A stretch of 64,000 nucleotides of DNA from Bigelowiella natans CCMP2755. Its lineage: Eukaryota > Protista > Cercozoa. The notes under the pieces were generated by a model. The model searched no databases. It worked only from the letters and a program-made list of their open reading frames with translations, and was not told the origin of the DNA. Each line of letters starts with the position of its first letter. Position 1 is the first letter of the stretch. The stretch spans positions 186,001-250,000 of the forward strand of contig ADNK01000614.1 of assembly GCA_000320545.1 (NCBI GenBank), given 5' to 3'. The position numbers and the translations under genes are program-made. Below are positions 13,580 through 34,821 of this stretch, piece by piece.

Positions 13580-14542
13580 TGTGGGATGGGCCTCGCCTGG
13601 TTTGTGTGTCGGGGTTTTCCTGCTTCGATCTCTCACAGTCTCCGTGAATTTTCCACGGGAAAAACACCTTGAAATCACAGGGATCCGTTTGATCAGGGTG
13701 ACGAGATCAAAGTCACTGTCTCCATTCCAAAGTGGGATCCATTTCGAAAAAGAGTTCAAGGAACACTGACGACTGACAACTGACACATCAGTGGTTTCAC
13801 CACTAGTTAGACCTCACTAAATTTAGTTCGAGGTAGATCTACTGCATTTCGCACACTGCAAATGTCTTGTCACATTTTGGAAATGTAGTTCATCATCATT
13901 GTTCATTGTTCATTGTTCAGTGCAGCTGCTCCAGAATCCACAGTCACTGACAATTGGTTTCTGACTCATTGATGCCAGATGCCTCTCCTCAAAGGGAATG
14001 CTGGATGACACTGTTCATTGCAACTTGCATTGCACTTTCTTGCACAATGTCAGCTGGCTGTTGTGGCACCCACGGAGCTCCCTGAGATTCAATGAACGTG
14101 TGCAATTGCAGGCTTCAATGAAAACTGCGTGCATCACACGTGAACAAGTGATCGACCGCTCAGCACAGACAAAACTTGTGCACATCATGGCATGCCAAGT
14201 TGATCATCAACTCTCTGCTGGAATGAAAATGTGAACGTGGTGTTGTCATCATTTCTGCGACGATCATGCGATGATGGTGTTGATGAGGCAACGTTTTGAA
14301 TGAAGTGACGACGAAGAGCTCGAGAGATCATGAACAGTCATGAACAGTCCCTCTTTCTGTTGCTAGATCCTCTCTTGCTAGCTTGCACAACTGGGGCTAA
14401 GATCATGCGTCATGTCAATGAGCCAATGTGTGCGTTGTGAACACAGCATGTCTTGATGCACACGTGCTAGCGTGTGCAAAAGCATGTGCCATGGACATCT
14501 CATGCGTGGAAGCATGTGTGCCGCGTGCAAGCACATTGATGG
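13041..14542. other. TpA-depleted, TpG/CpA-rich island
   Basis: No TA in 13226-13803 (578 bp) or 13888-14363 (476 bp). I count about 12 TA in 1.5 kb by eye. CG is still present. Confidence 0.9.
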
Positions 14543-14883
14543 TACATGCTGCTCAATGAAATCAGTACCATGCATTCATAGACTTGTGTGTGGCACATCG
14601 ATTCCAGAGCAACGTAGGCAACGGAGGAATCAGGTTGACATCACCATGGCAACTGGCATCATGTACAATTATCCATGCGTGATTCAATGCCAATGCAATG
14701 TGCATAAAGCGAAATATAAATGCGCATGCGAATTATCTTGAGAAAAGGAGCTATCTCAGCTCACAAAGATATGTTTACCGAGCAAAGTCATGTCGCATGT
14801 GCATCGTCTACAGATTTGGAAAAGCTCTTTGCACTCAATTTATTATCGTGGAAAAACATTTCGTGATGAGTTCAATAACAAAT

Positions 14884-15804
14884 TTATCTGCTTTGGTCAG
14901 TTACAGTTTCAGAATCATCTGGTTCTACTTCCTTACAAGCGATAAGCGCTGCCCGATGAATACATTTTGTGCGAACGTACAAGACGTCTACAGTCGTACC
15001 AACATCTGGGATTCCATTTTCGCATTGGTCATGCTTAAAGTATACATCTTTCTCTTCTGTAGGAACTTTGATAAAACCACATGTAGGTTCTAGTCCCTTA
15101 ACCTTTCCCGTTGCGATATGGATTTTATTAATTTCTGTTATTACGTGAAAAGCCTTGTCACCTGTGTCCCTAACAACAGTCACAAACACAGGATCTCCGA
15201 TTTCAGGGTTTGCATAGTTGCACTTATCCAACAAGCAGGAGACATTCTTTGGTCCACGATGAAAGTCTACTTTCACTATGCCATTTTCCATCTCATTAAT
15301 TTTCCCAAAAGCTTTCTCCTGCACGAATGATTTTATTTTCGACGAGTGCTTGGTATCTTTCATTGGTCTATTACGAGATGGTTGGGATTCTTCCCGACAT
15401 GAAGATCTTCTCTTCCGACGCTGTTTTGCATCAGAATCAACGACATTGTCATGTTTGATGTCATCGTAAGTTTCCCTATCTCCTTTTACTTGTCCTATAC
15501 GCGTCGGATCTTTGGCCTCGGATTTCGGAATTAAAGGTTTGTTTCCAATTAGACTTTCATTGTCGTGAGTCATATTGAACAGTGTTTTCAGCATTTTTTG
15601 TTCGTTTCCTTTATGCTGTCCAAGGATTAAGTTGATGACAGCCGGTTCGATCATGGGAAATATTGTGCCATTCTCTGGAGTCATCTCGTACAAGGTAAGT
15701 AGTATTTTTTCTACGTTTTTACGATGCTGCTGCATGACCCCTCGAATGACTGCAAGGTCAATTAGGGGAAACATGGTTCTGTACTTTTGAGCATCCATTT
15801 TCAT
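14884..15804 (-). CDS. Intronless 306 aa protein: two CUE-like repeats plus C-terminal cold-shock/OB-fold-like domain(s)
   Basis: MFPLIDLAVIRGVMQQHRKNVEKILLTLYEM and IFPMIEPAVINLILGQHKGNEQKMLKTLFNM fit the CUE consensus (MFP...L...N.V..LL). ATGKVKGLEPTCGFIKVPTEEKDVYFKH resembles CSD RNP1/RNP2. Confidence 0.7.
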   Translation of the reverse strand: MKMDAQKYRTMFPLIDLAVIRGVMQQHRKNVEKILLTLYEMTPENGTIFPMIEPAVINLILGQHKGNEQKMLKTLFNMTHDNESLIGNKPLIPKSEAKDPTRIGQVKGDRETYDDIKHDNVVDSDAKQRRKRRSSCREESQPSRNRPMKDTKHSSKIKSFVQEKAFGKINEMENGIVKVDFHRGPKNVSCLLDKCNYANPEIGDPVFVTVVRDTGDKAFHVITEINKIHIATGKVKGLEPTCGFIKVPTEEKDVYFKHDQCENGIPDVGTTVDVLYVRTKCIHRAALIACKEVEPDDSETVTDQSR

Positions 15805-16267
15805 CTATTTCTTTTTGGTTTCTTCTTTGATTGTGTTCCTTCAGGGTTTGTGAGTTATGGAGCAAGGATCGCGAACCGATTCGCCCCCTATACTTTCCCT
15901 CATCTGAGAGCACGAAAAGGTACCGACCATTTTTCCCGGATAAAATTTGCGGGCGAAAACAATATTATCCTGTCGCATGATGAAATTACCGTGAGAAAAC
16001 TGTCCATTATTGCAGCTTATGTCTAATTCACCAAACTTCTTTCTTTGCCGCTTGCTTGCCGAACCATGTCCTATGCGAATACGGCCGAATCCCCGTACGG
16101 GTTCGAAGAAAATCGAGGAACAAATGTGAGCAAGGCGTTTTATTGCTGCGACAATATTATCCCATGCCGTAATAGGGAAAAGAAATTAGCATCTTCTATT
16201 TTGCAATCGCGACATCGATTCTTGCCTGTTGCAGAAGAATTCATGAAAACCTAATCGCACTCGCACA

Positions 16268-16996
16268 ATGGAGAAGACAACGAATGACTCCGATGAAAGT
16301 CAGCCAGAAACGAAGGTAGTAGTGACTGACTTCGCACCGTTGTGCTGCAAGGCACATGGAGTCGGTGTGCGTAAAGATCGACCGTGTTTAGGCTTCAAGA
16401 ACTTGCTGACTCCGGACGAATGCAAAGCGATGATTGAGCACATAAAAGACCGGCATGCGAAGGAAGCAGTATCGCTCGCACCTGGAAGTCGTTCCCAGTT
16501 CAGAATGGAGGACAAGAAGCTAAGCGAGAAAATCTGGGGAAGGATAAAGAAGTACCTTCCCGAGAAGCTCGATGATGGTGTAGTGATCGGTCTTCGTGCT
16601 GGCTGGAACCATGCAAGATACTTTCCTGGCCAATCCGTGTTCGCTCACATGGACCAAAGACAAGCGTCAAAAGAGCAAGGCGCCGACGCAACCATCGCTA
16701 GCCGCATGTCTCTCACAATCTATCTCGACGAGGGCTACGAAGGCGCTGAGTTTGTATTCTGCAAAGGAGTTCAGCTTGATGGATCGTACCAAGAGGAAGT
16801 CAAAGTCCTCAAACCAAAGGCAGGAGATGCCGTCATCTTCTACCAAGGAGTGCCAGAGTTCTTTCACGCCGTACCCCCCCTCAAGACGAAGATAAAATCG
16901 ATCATGCGGTCGGACGTGCTCTATAAGTTCAAGACTGCGGAGGCCGCGGATGTTGGTGGGAAACGGGGGATTGAAGGAGGAGCAAAGATAAAATAA
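16268..16996 (+). CDS. 2OG-Fe(II) oxygenase (prolyl 4-hydroxylase-like), intronless
   Basis: NLLTPDEC; RYFPGQSVFAHMD (HxD); SLTIYLDEGYEGAEF; PKAGDAVIF...H...KSIMRSDVLY. Confidence 0.88.
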   Translation: MEKTTNDSDESQPETKVVVTDFAPLCCKAHGVGVRKDRPCLGFKNLLTPDECKAMIEHIKDRHAKEAVSLAPGSRSQFRMEDKKLSEKIWGRIKKYLPEKLDDGVVIGLRAGWNHARYFPGQSVFAHMDQRQASKEQGADATIASRMSLTIYLDEGYEGAEFVFCKGVQLDGSYQEEVKVLKPKAGDAVIFYQGVPEFFHAVPPLKTKIKSIMRSDVLYKFKTAEAADVGGKRGIEGGAKIK

Positions 16997-17839
16997 GCCT
17001 TTTAACACAGGCAGATTCAGCAGCTATATCTGGAAATGAACTTCATTCGCTATATGCCATCTCCCTAGATCGTGAATGTTTTCATGGAACGTTTAAGATC
17101 CACATGTGTTCCGAGCTGGTTGTACGTTATGTGGATATCTAATAATGATGCGATCTTACGTAGTCGGCCGTGGGTTGCGAATGGTAGGTAAGAGCTGGAC
17201 AATCTCACAGCACATCAACAAAAATATATTTCTCTGGTACTGCTTGGTTATTAGCTAATGTAGCTGTGAACCTAGCAATTCTTAAAAGTAGAATAAATGT
17301 GTAAATTAATAAGACGTCCAAAGTTTTCCATTTATGTTGCTACTACATAGGACCCCCAATCGCATAGTAATAGAATGTAAAAATGGTACATAAATTTTTA
17401 TAACATTTATACATCCATACGTACAAGTGCCAGCTAATATAATATGCTCTAAACGCGCGCATCTACATCGCTGGATGTTGCCATGCCTGTAATATTTATT
17501 GATAGATTGATAGCTTGAGCGGTGAGAGCGATGACGTAGTGATAATGCACTGCTACATAGTCTGTGATAGTTTGAAATGAATTTGTCAAGCGGCACATCG
17601 CATTCGCTTACTCTAGTACTTGCTACAATGTGCCTCAGTAGCCATGTGTATATAGCTATGCGCCTGTAGAGATATTGTATGCACGCGCACTTATAAAGTG
17701 ATATCATCTAGAAATACTTTAATGCACAGCAATTTATCCTCATTGCATGATCGCTGCCTTAACTCATTTCTTCTCGTAAGCACCCGGGACACGACGACGT
17801 AAATAACAAACCCCGCCAGGATCCACAATGGCCATCATG

Positions 17840-28780
<10,941 letters not shown>

Positions 28781-29205
28781 TCCTATCACTAAACACCCCC
28801 CGTACTCTCCTGGGGGACCAACGCTCACGAAATCAAAGCAGCGAGGTAAAGGGGGGCCCGAGGAAGAGCTGGCAGAAATTTTCAGCAGTCGGGATTCCTT
28901 CGGCTGTCGTAGATAGCTTCATTTTCCATCAAATGCAATGAAATATTCGAGTCGCAATGGCAGAACACTGATAAATCTTCGTAATTTCGGTCCCAGACAT
29001 AGAACTACTAAAGCTGCGACCTGAGAAGGACGTCGGCAGTCGTAGGGCACGGGTGACGTGACAAGCAGGCTCAAGCTTGTCGCTCTTTGCAAAGGACATG
29101 CAAAAAGGAATGAAATAGCACTGGCGTAGATAAAGGCATACGCTTGTCGCTGTTTCCAAAGGCCCTGTATAAATATGGAATGATGGTAGATGTACACTCC
29201 GTTTG

Positions 29206-31215
29206 ATGGCCGCCGCGAAGGGCTTCCCCCTGGTGCTAAAAAGTCCCAAGTGCGAGTGGCTTGGGCTTGAGAAGATTTCGGTTGTCACCAAAGGAGGGCC
29301 GTACAATAACGAACACGGAAGAGGCCATGGATTGCAACTCGGGCGTTTGACGGGCGCGCTTTTCTGGCAGCAGGAGGGGAAGAATTATAGCCATGCTCTG
29401 CGTTTGGCTGAAGATTCAGACCTGTCATTGGATATTAGTCACAGGAAACTCAATGTGGGTACCCCAGCCAATACCTGGTATTCCAAAGGACATCGAGAAT
29501 GGGCTTGTAAATTTCAGCTGAATGGTGATTGCACTCTTTCTCCAGCCAAAAACAGTGCAGTGTGTCTCGGTGTGAAAAGCGGAGAGAGAACGTTGTCTCT
29601 CGTTGACCGAGAGAGTGAAAATAAACTCATATTCGAGGATTGGACGGCTAAGTGCCCCCCTCCCATCTTTGCTCAAATCCGAGCGGAGCAGGAAAAGATG
29701 AGAACAATGCTACAATCTCTTGGAGGACAGCCCGTTCCCTTGGTCATCAGGAAACCAGCATGTGACTGGCTGTGGGGACAACGCCATGCGATCGTTGTGA
29801 GAGGGAAGGGTTACAGCAACAAAGATGGCCGTGGACGTGGAGTTATGGCCGGTCCCGTCGAGGATGCGATCCTGTTCAAGGTAGACGGTGGTTCTCCAGC
29901 GTCAATGGCGTTGCGCCCCTCTCACGACCTTGATCTCAGTCTCGAAATTAATTACCGAAAAATGGAGGTGGGTACCTCCATGAGCATGTGGTACTGTAAG
30001 GGCCACCCTGAGTGGGGCTGTAGATATTGCCTGAATTCGGACTGGACGATATCCCCTGAGTCTCACGCAAACCTGGTGATTGGGGTGCAGTCTGGCAAAC
30101 AATCTCTCCATCTTGTGAGTAGGGATGATAAGAAGCATAGAATCGTTTTTCAACCTTGGAAACAGGCGGTCGATGAAAATCTCGAGCGAATTAAGGAGAG
30201 CAAGGCAAGAAAGGAAGCCGCCAAAGAGAGAATCAAAACGGTCGCGGCGAAAGCAATTGACAGCAAAGCAATTGAAAAACTGAAGAAAGATGGATTCATT
30301 CACCTTCCGGGGATAGTGGAGAAGGAAACCGTAAATAACGCCCTTAGAGAAATCAATCGCCTCATGGGAGCTTCCTCTGAAGGCGGAGCGGACAAGTTTA
30401 AAGCTAAATTTAGTCCTAACAGCCCACCGATCACGAATCTGTTCAACAATAGTGCCATCCCTCTCATCGTTCAGCGTCTCATTGGAATGCAGAAAGCGCC
30501 GAGTCAGGGAGCGGGGCAGATAGCACTTCGCTTTCCAGGGGATTTCTGTGCGAACGGTCAAACTCACATAACCCCAGATCAATATGAGGGTGTGAGGAAG
30601 GGTTGGCACATCGATGGTGCTCCGAGCAATTTCCTTCCGAAAGTCACTGACCACTGGGGGGAGGTTCACAACTTTGACGCGTTGTGTGGCGTCCTTCTCT
30701 CTACCGTCGACGAGAAAATGTCTGGCGAGTTATGCTGCTACCCTGGTAGTCACTACGAACTCGCAGAACATTTTGAGAAAAAGGGCTTTGATGAAATACG
30801 AAAAACAGGCAAGCTGCCTAACGGCAAAGACACCGATTCGGTTTTGAAATCGAAACCAGTGCACTGCCTAGGAAAGCCTGGCGACGTCTTCATCGCTAAT
30901 TACATGACAGCCCATTTTATTGCACCGAACGTATCGCCAAATATACGCTACGCTATCTATTTCCGTGTGCGTGGGCCATCCTTTACTTCCAAAAAGCACC
31001 ACCCAGAACCCATGTTGAAACCGTGGATACACTGGAAGGGAATGGTGGGCAGCAATGCTGGAGATATTGATGACTCAAAAGTCGGTGATGAGGAAGATGG
31101 CGAACCAGAGGCAACACAGGCGCGCGTTGGTGTATTGCGGAGACTTGCAAGCATTGATTACGTTAAGCCAAAATCGATTTTTTTTGATGACGGCGATGAT
31201 GAGAATCCAGAATGA
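29206..31215 (+). CDS. Intronless protein with two ~140 aa tandem ricin-B/beta-trefoil-like repeats fused to a PhyH-type 2OG-Fe(II) dioxygenase
   Basis: The repeats share PLV..P.C.WL, Y.N..GRG.G, DLSL.I..RK..VGT...WY.KGH.EW.C...LN.D.T.SP. The C-terminal half has KDGFIHLPG, GWHIDG (HxD), YPGSH and GKPGDVFI....AH...PN.SPNIRYAIYFR. Confidence 0.85.
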   Translation: MAAAKGFPLVLKSPKCEWLGLEKISVVTKGGPYNNEHGRGHGLQLGRLTGALFWQQEGKNYSHALRLAEDSDLSLDISHRKLNVGTPANTWYSKGHREWACKFQLNGDCTLSPAKNSAVCLGVKSGERTLSLVDRESENKLIFEDWTAKCPPPIFAQIRAEQEKMRTMLQSLGGQPVPLVIRKPACDWLWGQRHAIVVRGKGYSNKDGRGRGVMAGPVEDAILFKVDGGSPASMALRPSHDLDLSLEINYRKMEVGTSMSMWYCKGHPEWGCRYCLNSDWTISPESHANLVIGVQSGKQSLHLVSRDDKKHRIVFQPWKQAVDENLERIKESKARKEAAKERIKTVAAKAIDSKAIEKLKKDGFIHLPGIVEKETVNNALREINRLMGASSEGGADKFKAKFSPNSPPITNLFNNSAIPLIVQRLIGMQKAPSQGAGQIALRFPGDFCANGQTHITPDQYEGVRKGWHIDGAPSNFLPKVTDHWGEVHNFDALCGVLLSTVDEKMSGELCCYPGSHYELAEHFEKKGFDEIRKTGKLPNGKDTDSVLKSKPVHCLGKPGDVFIANYMTAHFIAPNVSPNIRYAIYFRVRGPSFTSKKHHPEPMLKPWIHWKGMVGSNAGDIDDSKVGDEEDGEPEATQARVGVLRRLASIDYVKPKSIFFDDGDDENPE

Positions 31216-31468
31216 AAAATCTTCAATCGAATCGTTGTCAGTATCAACGATGTCACGAGCACCAAGAGCCCCAAATAATGCGATATAAAGAGTCATTAAT
31301 CAGTCATTATCAATTCACAGTTTGGCGTATACAACATTGAAAATGATACTATATACGAACAGCTTTACAGCGTGCATGCATTCAGGCAAATTATAAAAAT
31401 CTCTCTTCGTTCATGCATTTGCTACGCTAGTACGATCCCAAACAAGCCACATACCATGTGCACAGCCA

Positions 31469-31520
31469 TGTAAGATGGATGTATAATGAAAATGCTACAT
31501 TTTTTAACAGTCATCATAAT
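31469..31520 (+). repeat. Dispersed post-stop repeat, copy C (degenerate)
   Basis: TGTAAGATGGATGTATAATGAAAATG...TTTTTAACAGTCATCATAAT aligns with the 5' part of copies A and B. Confidence 0.6.
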
Positions 31521-32220
31521 CATCCTTTGTTAGAACACCATCTCTAGATCTAAAGCTGTGCACAGCATTTAGCAACGTACGGATTCGATCTAACCAACAT
31601 TGCGTCTCAACTCTGCGTGCGCGTAGACGCCACATGCATGACGCATGTGCACATTTACACAGACCAGTGAGCGGTAGCTGTAGCAGTCCGCTGCGAACAC
31701 ATGACCGCGCCACAGCTAGACAGCGCATGCGATGAATGCGCATGTCAGCTAGTACATACCGCGCTTGCGTGAAACATACATGTAGCTCAGCCGGAGATGC
31801 GATGCTGTCTGTCATTGTGCATATGCATGCATGCAGCTATGCGACATAGCCAGCCACAGGTAGTCAACACAGTGCGTGCACGTGGGGTCATGCACATGCA
31901 TGCCCCTGTCCTGCGGCTGCTTCAAAATGCTAGTCACATTGTGTGGCTACGACTGCGAATGCCAGTCACTTTCATTGTGGCTCTGCATGCAATGCACATC
32001 AGAAATGACAATGATGTGTGTTCAATCATTTCGATCATGGCTTCATCCATGTGCGCTACGTTGCGTTGTCGCTGCCATAGAACATACGACGCGTTATGCA
32101 TGCATGCCGTCGTATTTGGAAGCTCGTCAAATGACATATTTTTATACACTAATTTGGCAACAGTATAATGCTGTTGGCACTCATTGAACGATGTGAGAGC
32201 GAGCACGAATTTTATGCATG

Positions 32221-32380
32221 CTATCGCCCCTTACCCTTGTGTATAGACATTAATATTGAAGCCAGCTTCGCTTTCGACTTTCTTTTTTTCTTTGCATTCT
32301 TTGATAATGATATCTAGCAAAATACAATGAAATGAGTCTGACGGTAAGATTTCTGATCGTTCATAATGTGACTATCAATT

Positions 32381-32419
<39 letters not shown>

Positions 32420-32444
32420 ACTATATTTACATATGTAAAATATA

Positions 32445-32482
<38 letters not shown>

Positions 32483-34821
32483 ATACTCACCGGTGAGGTA
32501 AACTTCGGAAACTTTGGAAGATTCTGATGGTGGTTGTGACGGTGGTTGTTGCGATGGCGGTGCTGGTAATGGTGATGATAACCATTGTTGTGATGGTGGT
32601 TGTGGTCAGAATGGCGATGATAACTTGGGGATGGTCCAAGAGAGGGATTCCTAATCCTAAAAAGGTGATCAACGTTAGATTTTGCTCAGGGGCATGTTGC
32701 AATAATATCATGTTTCATCGTCACAAGAAAAAATAAGAACTGTGAATGTTGGAGGAATGTTGGAGATTTATTATATTCTCGGGGTTATTGGGTAGAATGC
32801 CTCTTAAGGACTAGCACAGCGCCGATTGGGCAGGCACATAGCCGCCTGGAAAGGGATGAAAAATCGGATACCTGTCTGAAACTTGTTTCGATTTGCCCAG
32901 AGTATTGTGAAGAATGAGAGGAAGCTAACGATGGGCGAAATGAATATTATCAGAAGCATCAGCAGGAAGAAACAACGTAGAGTGATTGGACGAAGTTAGT
33001 AGAAAATCGGACTCTCGTCGCACAGATTTAGTCTACTATTTGCGAATTATTCTTCTAAATACCGTTCGTTTCTCTGCGCCTTCATGGTAACTCTTGGCCT
33101 TTTAAAGATGATGATTAATATTCTTCCATCATACATCCGCAACAACCCACAAAATTCCTTCAATTGAGCTACACTTCTCACCTTGTGCCGTGCCGCTCTT
33201 TTCTCAGATTTCTTCTCCTTGGAGCGGTCTTTCATTCCTGGCAACGTATTTCCGTGCCTTTCCAGCTCTGAGAAGTACAAATCGTATTTGATGCTGTTAA
33301 TACTCGGCAATATATCGATAGCAAACGACCGCCGACCATCGCTCACATACACCATATACAACTGCAACAGACCTGAGTGAGACTTGGCGTCATGGCTCTT
33401 CCCTCCGTATCTCTTGTTGTATATCGAATGCATCTTGTTGAGCTTGAGTCTGTCATACTTAGACGATGGAGATAGGGTGCTTGCAGCCTTTTCGCGAGCC
33501 TCTGCTGCAATTTTCTCTCTGAATTCGTAGAAGTAAGGGTGACGAAGTGCCTGGCTTGCAGTAATTCTGCCGTCAGGATCGTACACGAGAAGTTTCCCTA
33601 TCAAAGCCACGCAATCTTTGGATGCATGCGGTATTAGCCGGTGGATACCGGTACCCGAGTGGTGCGGAAAGTTGAAGTTCTTGATATGTGAGGAGTGGCG
33701 CTTGAACTTGCTCATCACCTCCTTGGCTGGTGTGCCCATAATCGTGTGCACCTTCTCTATCTGGTCTAGCTCGTTCGTACCAGGGAAAAGAGGGAAGAGA
33801 GAGATGATCTCGAACATCACGCAACCCACTCCCCAAAGGTCCATCTTGTAGTCGTAGTATCTGGAATAAGGAGTGAATCATTAGAGATAGATCATACGAT
33901 TCCATACACGACGACTAACATACACACTGACGAGCGGAGGGACGGGTTGGGTTTACATGGGGTGCATCTTTACCCGTTCGTTAATAGCGATTCAGGAGCA
34001 CGATACCAGCGCGTGGAGATATATTCGGTGAAAGGCGGCTTGGAATAGATTCCTCTGCAGGAACCGAAATCTGCTAATTTTAGGCGCTCTCCCATAACTA
34101 AAACATTCTCCGGCTTTATGTCTCGGTGGAAGATATTCTGCCGGTGCATGTAAGCTATAGCCTTAACCAACTGGTACATGTAAACTTTGATGAGATCGTT
34201 GGCGAGATACTTCTTACGGCCCCGAATCAATTCATAAATGTTCATGTCACACAGTTCGAAGACAAGTGCCAGTCGCCCGCTGGAACGGTCACTGAGAAAA
34301 TATACATTCGTCGTAAAAAAATATAGATATATGAAGATGCAAAAATAAGAATTTTGAGAGCCCCGATTGTTCACTCGCAAGCGGAGCAGCGTTCTCCCTC
34401 CCATATCCATGTTGAATTAAAGTACATTACAATATACATCAAGAACAGGCAAGTGGGTTAGTGGATGTAAAGAGGTGCACTTACAATAAGACATCGAGGA
34501 GTTCTATTATGTTGGGATGCGGGTTGAGCCTTCGGAGTGCTTGAATTTCCCTCAAACTGTTAACCTGCTCTAAACTCTCGAACGTAGTTTTCATGCACTT
34601 TATGGCAACGTACTGGCCACTTCGCATAGACTGGGCCTTGATAACCTCACTGAACGTACCCTCTCCCTTCTTTGCAACCAACTTGTATTCTGATTAGTTG
34701 GTAACTTCAGTCATGGTGGATAAGATTCGATTGATTTGCATGATGTAATGCACAAGCAGATTAAAATTTCCTCCCTGAACTTTAAATATAAATGAATCAT
34801 ACTTCCAAACGACGATGCCAT
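32221..34821 (-). CDS. MOK: MOK/RAGE (Chlamydomonas LF4-like) CMGC kinase, multi-exon; 3' end approximate
   Basis: MASSFG/KYKLVAKKGEGTFSEV...VNSLREIQALRRLNPHPNII...HRDIKPEN...LADFGSCRGIYSKPPFTEYISTRWYRAPE...MDLWGVGCV. KKGEGTFSEV and the TEY loop are typical of MOK. The C-terminal tail is His-rich. Confidence 0.9.

Noticed and set aside
13580-13786. 69-codon N-terminal extension of ORF 12776..13786
   Set aside because: It starts at a non-ATG codon and has no MDR similarity. The signal peptide begins at ATG 13579. The open frame is explained by the local absence of TAA/TAG.
13888-14363. 5mCpG deamination or classical RIP as the cause of the TG/CA excess
   Set aside because: CG is still present, and the missing dinucleotide is TA. 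RIP would increase TA.
13998-14741. Cys/His/Met-rich short ORFs (also 31504-32206, 49752-50160, 60239-60541)
   Set aside because: Their composition follows from the TG/CA excess and the scarcity of TA-containing stops. No domain is recognisable.
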